Below, piece by piece: positions 37,008 to 40,000 of a stretch of 40,000 nucleotides of DNA (positions are counted from its first letter, which is position 1; every line of letters starts with the position of its first letter). Made by a program: the position numbers and the translations under genes. This DNA is from Coleofasciculus sp. FACHB-1120 (GTDB lineage: Bacteria > Cyanobacteriota > Cyanobacteriia > Cyanobacteriales > FACHB-T130): positions 73,861 to 113,860 of the forward strand of contig NZ_JACJTV010000013.1 in the NCBI RefSeq assembly GCF_014698845.1, read 5' to 3'. The notes beneath the pieces are model-generated. The model was not told the origin of the DNA. It saw only the letters and a list, made by a program, of their open reading frames with translations, and did not search any database.

Positions 37008-37985
37008 CTACAGCCAACGGGCGGCATCTTTGGCGTGGTAGGTGAGAATCAAATCGGCTCCAGCCCGCTTGAAGCTGGTTAAAGTTTCCATCACGACTCG
37101 CTGTTCGTCAATCCAGCCATTCAGGGCAGCAGCTTTCACCATCGCGTATTCGCCAGAGACATTGTAGGCGGCTACCGGCAAGTTGCTGGCTTCTTTCACC
37201 CGCCAAATGATGTCCATATAGGCAAGTGCCGGTTTCACCATCAGCATATCCGCCCCTTCTGCAATATCGAGTTCGATTTCTTTGAGGGCTTCGCGAGCAT
37301 TGCCGGGGTCCATCTGGTAAGTTCTGCGATCGCCAAACTGCGGTGTTGAATCAGCCGCATCGCGGAAAGGTCCATAATAAGCCGAAGCATATTTGGCAGC
37401 GTAAGAAAGAATCGGTGTATCTTGGAATCCTGCTGCATCCAATCCTTCCCGAATCGCCTGCACAAAACCGTCCATCATCCCAGACGGAGCGATAATATCA
37501 GCGCCAGCCTTGGCTTGAGAAACTGCTGTTTTCTTGAGCAATTCCAGCGTTGGGTCATTCAACACCCGCCCCGTCAAGTCCCCCACTTCCAAATAACCAC
37601 AGTGACCGTGACTGGTATATTCGCACAAGCAAGTATCGGCAATGACCACTAAATCCGGCACCGCTTCTTTCACTGCGGTAGCAGCTTTTTGGACAATTCC
37701 GCAATCGTGCCACGCACCCGTCGCATCTACATCCTTATCTGCGGGAATCCCAAAAAGAATGATCGCGGGAATGCCGAGGTCATAGACTTCTTTTGCCTCT
37801 TCCACAATTTTGTCTACCGACAGCTGGTAGACCCCTGGCATCGATTTCACTTCCTTAGCAATGCCCTCTCCCGGTACAGCAAACAGAGGGTAGATTAAGT
37901 CACTCGTGGCAAGAACCGTTTCACGCACCATCCGGCGCAGCTGGGTTGAGGTACGAAGGCGGCGAGGGCGATGAATGGGAAACAT
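37008..37985 (-). CDS. hemB: Porphobilinogen synthase (delta-aminolevulinate dehydratase)
   Basis: 325-aa ORF. Conserved blocks are RPRRLR, LIYPLF, the active-site Lys contexts MVKPAL and APSGMMDG, and the Cys-rich metal site [14 protein letters not shown]. Confidence 0.97.
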   Translation of the reverse strand: MFPIHRPRRLRTSTQLRRMVRETVLATSDLIYPLFAVPGEGIAKEVKSMPGVYQLSVDKIVEEAKEVYDLGIPAIILFGIPADKDVDATGAWHDCGIVQKAATAVKEAVPDLVVIADTCLCEYTSHGHCGYLEVGDLTGRVLNDPTLELLKKTAVSQAKAGADIIAPSGMMDGFVQAIREGLDAAGFQDTPILSYAAKYASAYYGPFRDAADSTPQFGDRRTYQMDPGNAREALKEIELDIAEGADMLMVKPALAYMDIIWRVKEASNLPVAAYNVSGEYAMVKAAALNGWIDEQRVVMETLTSFKRAGADLILTYHAKDAARWL

Positions 37986-38140
37986 GGCGTTAGTGTAGTG
38001 AATAGTTGTTAGTAACTAAAGCGGTCTAAAAAAGTAACAATTTGTCACATTGAGCCAAGCAAAATATTGAGATGAAATTTTTCGCTGTCACTCAGAATCA
38101 CATATTACGTTTATTTTGACCAACCAGCGCGATCGCTTAT

Positions 38141-38190
38141 AAAAAAATGCCGAATAAAAGGAGGGGCAATTTATAAATTGCCCCTCCTTT
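38141..38190 (-). terminator. Intrinsic terminator of the rplU-rpmA operon
   Basis: Perfect 17-bp arms, 38157-38173 aaaggaggggcaattta and 38174-38190 taaattgcccctccttt. On the minus strand this is followed by tattcggcattttttt. Confidence 0.8.
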
Positions 38191-38221
38191 CTTAATCTAT
38201 CCAACTACTAAGTCTGGATAC

Positions 38222-38527
38222 TTATACCTGAGCCGCTACGGGTGCATTCTCAGGGGATGCTTCCGCCGCCGCTGGCACCGCGTAAACGCTTACCTTCTTG
38301 CGGCTTCTGTCCTTCCGTTCAAAGGTGACGATGCCATCAATGAGGGCAAACAAGGTATAGTCTCTGCCCACACCGACATTATTGCCAGCGTGAAAGGAAG
38401 TTCCACGCTGACGTACCAAAATACTACCGGCTGTCACGGTCTGACCGCCGAAACGCTTGACGCCTAAGCGTTGAGCATTAGAATCACGACCGTTGCGAGT
38501 ACTACCTGTACCTTTCTTATGAGCCAT
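38222..38527 (-). CDS. rpmA: 50S ribosomal protein L27
   Basis: [29 protein letters not shown] is the canonical L27 N-terminus. The protein is 101 aa with an Ala/Pro/Glu-rich tail. Confidence 0.97.
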   Translation of the reverse strand: MAHKKGTGSTRNGRDSNAQRLGVKRFGGQTVTAGSILVRQRGTSFHAGNNVGVGRDYTLFALIDGIVTFERKDRSRKKVSVYAVPAAAEASPENAPVAAQV

Positions 38528-38578
38528 AATTTCCTCACTTGTCCTTACTACTTACTATTCTGCTGTAGTCTCAGCGAT

Positions 38579-39022
38579 TTACTCGGTCGCAGCGCTCTCG
38601 GTATCTGTCTCATCAACAACCACTGTTGCCACAGCTTCTTGAGCTTCTGCTGATTCGTTAGCGGCGGGGGTTTGGGAAGCCTGTTGTTCGGAAGCCACCA
38701 CTGAGCCATTGATGCTGATGGAGTTGATCATCAGCTGGGTGATTTCCTGGCGATGCCCTTTCTTGCGGCGGGTTTTCTTTTTGGGCTTCATCTTGTAGAC
38801 GATGACCTTCTTACCGCGCCGGTGTCTCATCACCGTGCATTCTACCGTCGCCCCTTCAATGAAAGGTTGACCGATGGTCACATCGCCGTCGTTCTGAACA
38901 AACAAAACCTTATCAATGGTAACTTGGGTGTCTGGTTCCGAGGGAAGCAGTTCGATGTCGTAAAAGCGACCTGGTTCGACTCTCAGCTGTTTGCCGCCAG
39001 TTTCAATAATTGCGTAACTCAT
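38579..39022 (-). CDS. rplU: 50S ribosomal protein L21
   Basis: MSYAIIETGGKQLRVEPGRFYD is the canonical L21 N-terminus. The protein is 147 aa with a ~45-aa acidic, Ala/Ser/Thr/Glu-rich C-terminal extension. Confidence 0.95.
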   Translation of the reverse strand: MSYAIIETGGKQLRVEPGRFYDIELLPSEPDTQVTIDKVLFVQNDGDVTIGQPFIEGATVECTVMRHRRGKKVIVYKMKPKKKTRRKKGHRQEITQLMINSISINGSVVASEQQASQTPAANESAEAQEAVATVVVDETDTESAATE

Positions 39023-39330
39023 GGGATAGTCCTAGGGGTTGCCGTACAGGTAGCTGAATTAGGTGATTGTTTAGTTGTCCTTAGTCTTTAGATTCGCTGC
39101 TATTGAGCCATGACTAATGACTTCTTGACCAATGACCAACCAGCTTTTGGAATGTCTCAACCTGATCCGAGCAGGAATAGACAGACAATCTTTCATCATC
39201 CATGATTACCTAGAACTGTGTCAAGTTAGCGATCGCTCTTTCTCCAAAAAATATGAGAAATACCCGACTGAGGGCAGATGCTTAATCGTTGAGTTATCTT
39301 CGACTCATCAGCACGGAGAATAGCGATCGC

Positions 39331-40000
39331 ATGAAGAAGCTCAAGCAGGTTTGGGAGTTTTTAAACACTGATATTCGGGAACTAGGGAAACCCGGAGATG
39401 TCGCTGAGACTGGGACAGAGATTACTAAATTCGCGCTGGAATTCGGGCTGGCTTTAGGTTTGTTCTCTGCAATTGCTGGTTCTGCGGGAATTCCTATTGC
39501 TATAGCAGGGCTATCAGGGACGAAACTAGCGATTCAAGGCGTGAGGCTGTACCGCAAAAAGACGAATCAAGAGCCATCCCTAGAAGAATGGGTAGCGATC
39601 GCATCTCCCTTGGCGTATCTAGAAAGCTTTAATGAATTGGTGCAAAGTAATGACTTATTACAGCGAGTCAATTTACAGCCAGCAAGCGCAACGCCTCCCA
39701 CAAATATCGCTCAACAGCTAAGCGCAAAACTGGGAGAATTTCAACTAGAGGAACATCTTGCTAGAAATGTTCTCACCTGCTTCCACGAATCGGGATTAGC
39801 CCAAGTTTTAAATCAGGTTTTGTCGAACCAACTGCAACAAGCAGGAATAAATAAGTATGACGCTGAGATTTTAACAAGTTGGGTAGCTTCTAAGACTCAT
39901 CAATACCTGAAAAAAGCCTTAGAAGATGCTGATAGTTCTGTTAAACAACGGGCTGAATTCTATTTGGCTAGCAAGCGGCAAGAATCGGACAAATACTACA
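39331..40000 (+). CDS. 5' part of a larger ORF (open to the window edge); N-terminal region resembling those of cyanobacterial STAND (NACHT-type) NTPases
   Basis: ATG at 39331 follows a HIP1 site. 223 codons run without a stop to position 40000. My translation reads MKKLKQVWEFLNTDIRELGKPGDV ... FALEFGLALGLFSAIAGSAGIPIAIAGLSG ... EPSLEEWVAIASPLAYLESFNELV. From memory, this pattern recurs at the N-termini of large cyanobacterial NACHT/WD40 or TPR proteins. The NTPase domain itself is not in the window. Confidence 0.55.
   Translation, partial: MKKLKQVWEFLNTDIRELGKPGDVAETGTEITKFALEFGLALGLFSAIAGSAGIPIAIAGLSGTKLAIQGVRLYRKKTNQEPSLEEWVAIASPLAYLESFNELVQSNDLLQRVNLQPASATPPTNIAQQLSAKLGEFQLEEHLARNVLTCFHESGLAQVLNQVLSNQLQQAGINKYDAEILTSWVASKTHQYLKKALEDADSSVKQRAEFYLASKRQESDKYY

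Overview
The window is a cyanobacterial chromosome segment. Three things support this: the split beta-prime genes (rpoB-rpoC1-rpoC2), the photosystem I genes psaF-psaJ-psaL, and about forty exact copies of the HIP1 octamer GCGATCGC counted by eye. Most of it is housekeeping: an HtrA protease, the RNAP operon preceded by rpsT-tatD, hisD, a USP gene, purH, tsaD, tRNA-Pro, a Tic22-like protein, prmC, tsaC, hemB and rplU-rpmA. The one accessory-looking stretch is about 15.15-23.9 kb, between hisD/usp and purH. It opens with two abutting, decayed IS transposase remnants and a very AT-rich, repeat-dense 0.4 kb spacer. It then encodes five proteins: (1) a secreted PEP-CTERM protein with a long (GGDN)n/(GGDD)n tandem repeat, (2) a 606-aa membrane protein fusing an HTTM (vitamin-K carboxylase-like) domain to a DCC/DUF393 CxxC thiol-disulfide oxidoreductase domain, (3) a 2OG-Fe(II) oxygenase with an unknown N-terminal domain, (4) a galactokinase-like GHMP kinase fused to a GalU-like nucleotidyltransferase, and (5) a Cys-rich orphan. 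My best candidate for an undescribed system is that these act together to modify or glycosylate a secreted, exosortase-sorted acidic repeat protein. This rests on inference from domain content and adjacency only. Other points of interest are a PsaL with the NPPxP loop in a psaF-J-L arrangement, a histidine kinase with a degenerate ATP-binding domain, a 21-bp AT-only hairpin between rpoB and rpoC1, a 0.74 kb untranslated spacer upstream of rpoB, and a 0.95 kb gene-free structured region. At the right edge there is an ORF resembling the N-terminus of cyanobacterial STAND/NACHT NTPases. I saw no CRISPR array, rRNA or intact mobile element.
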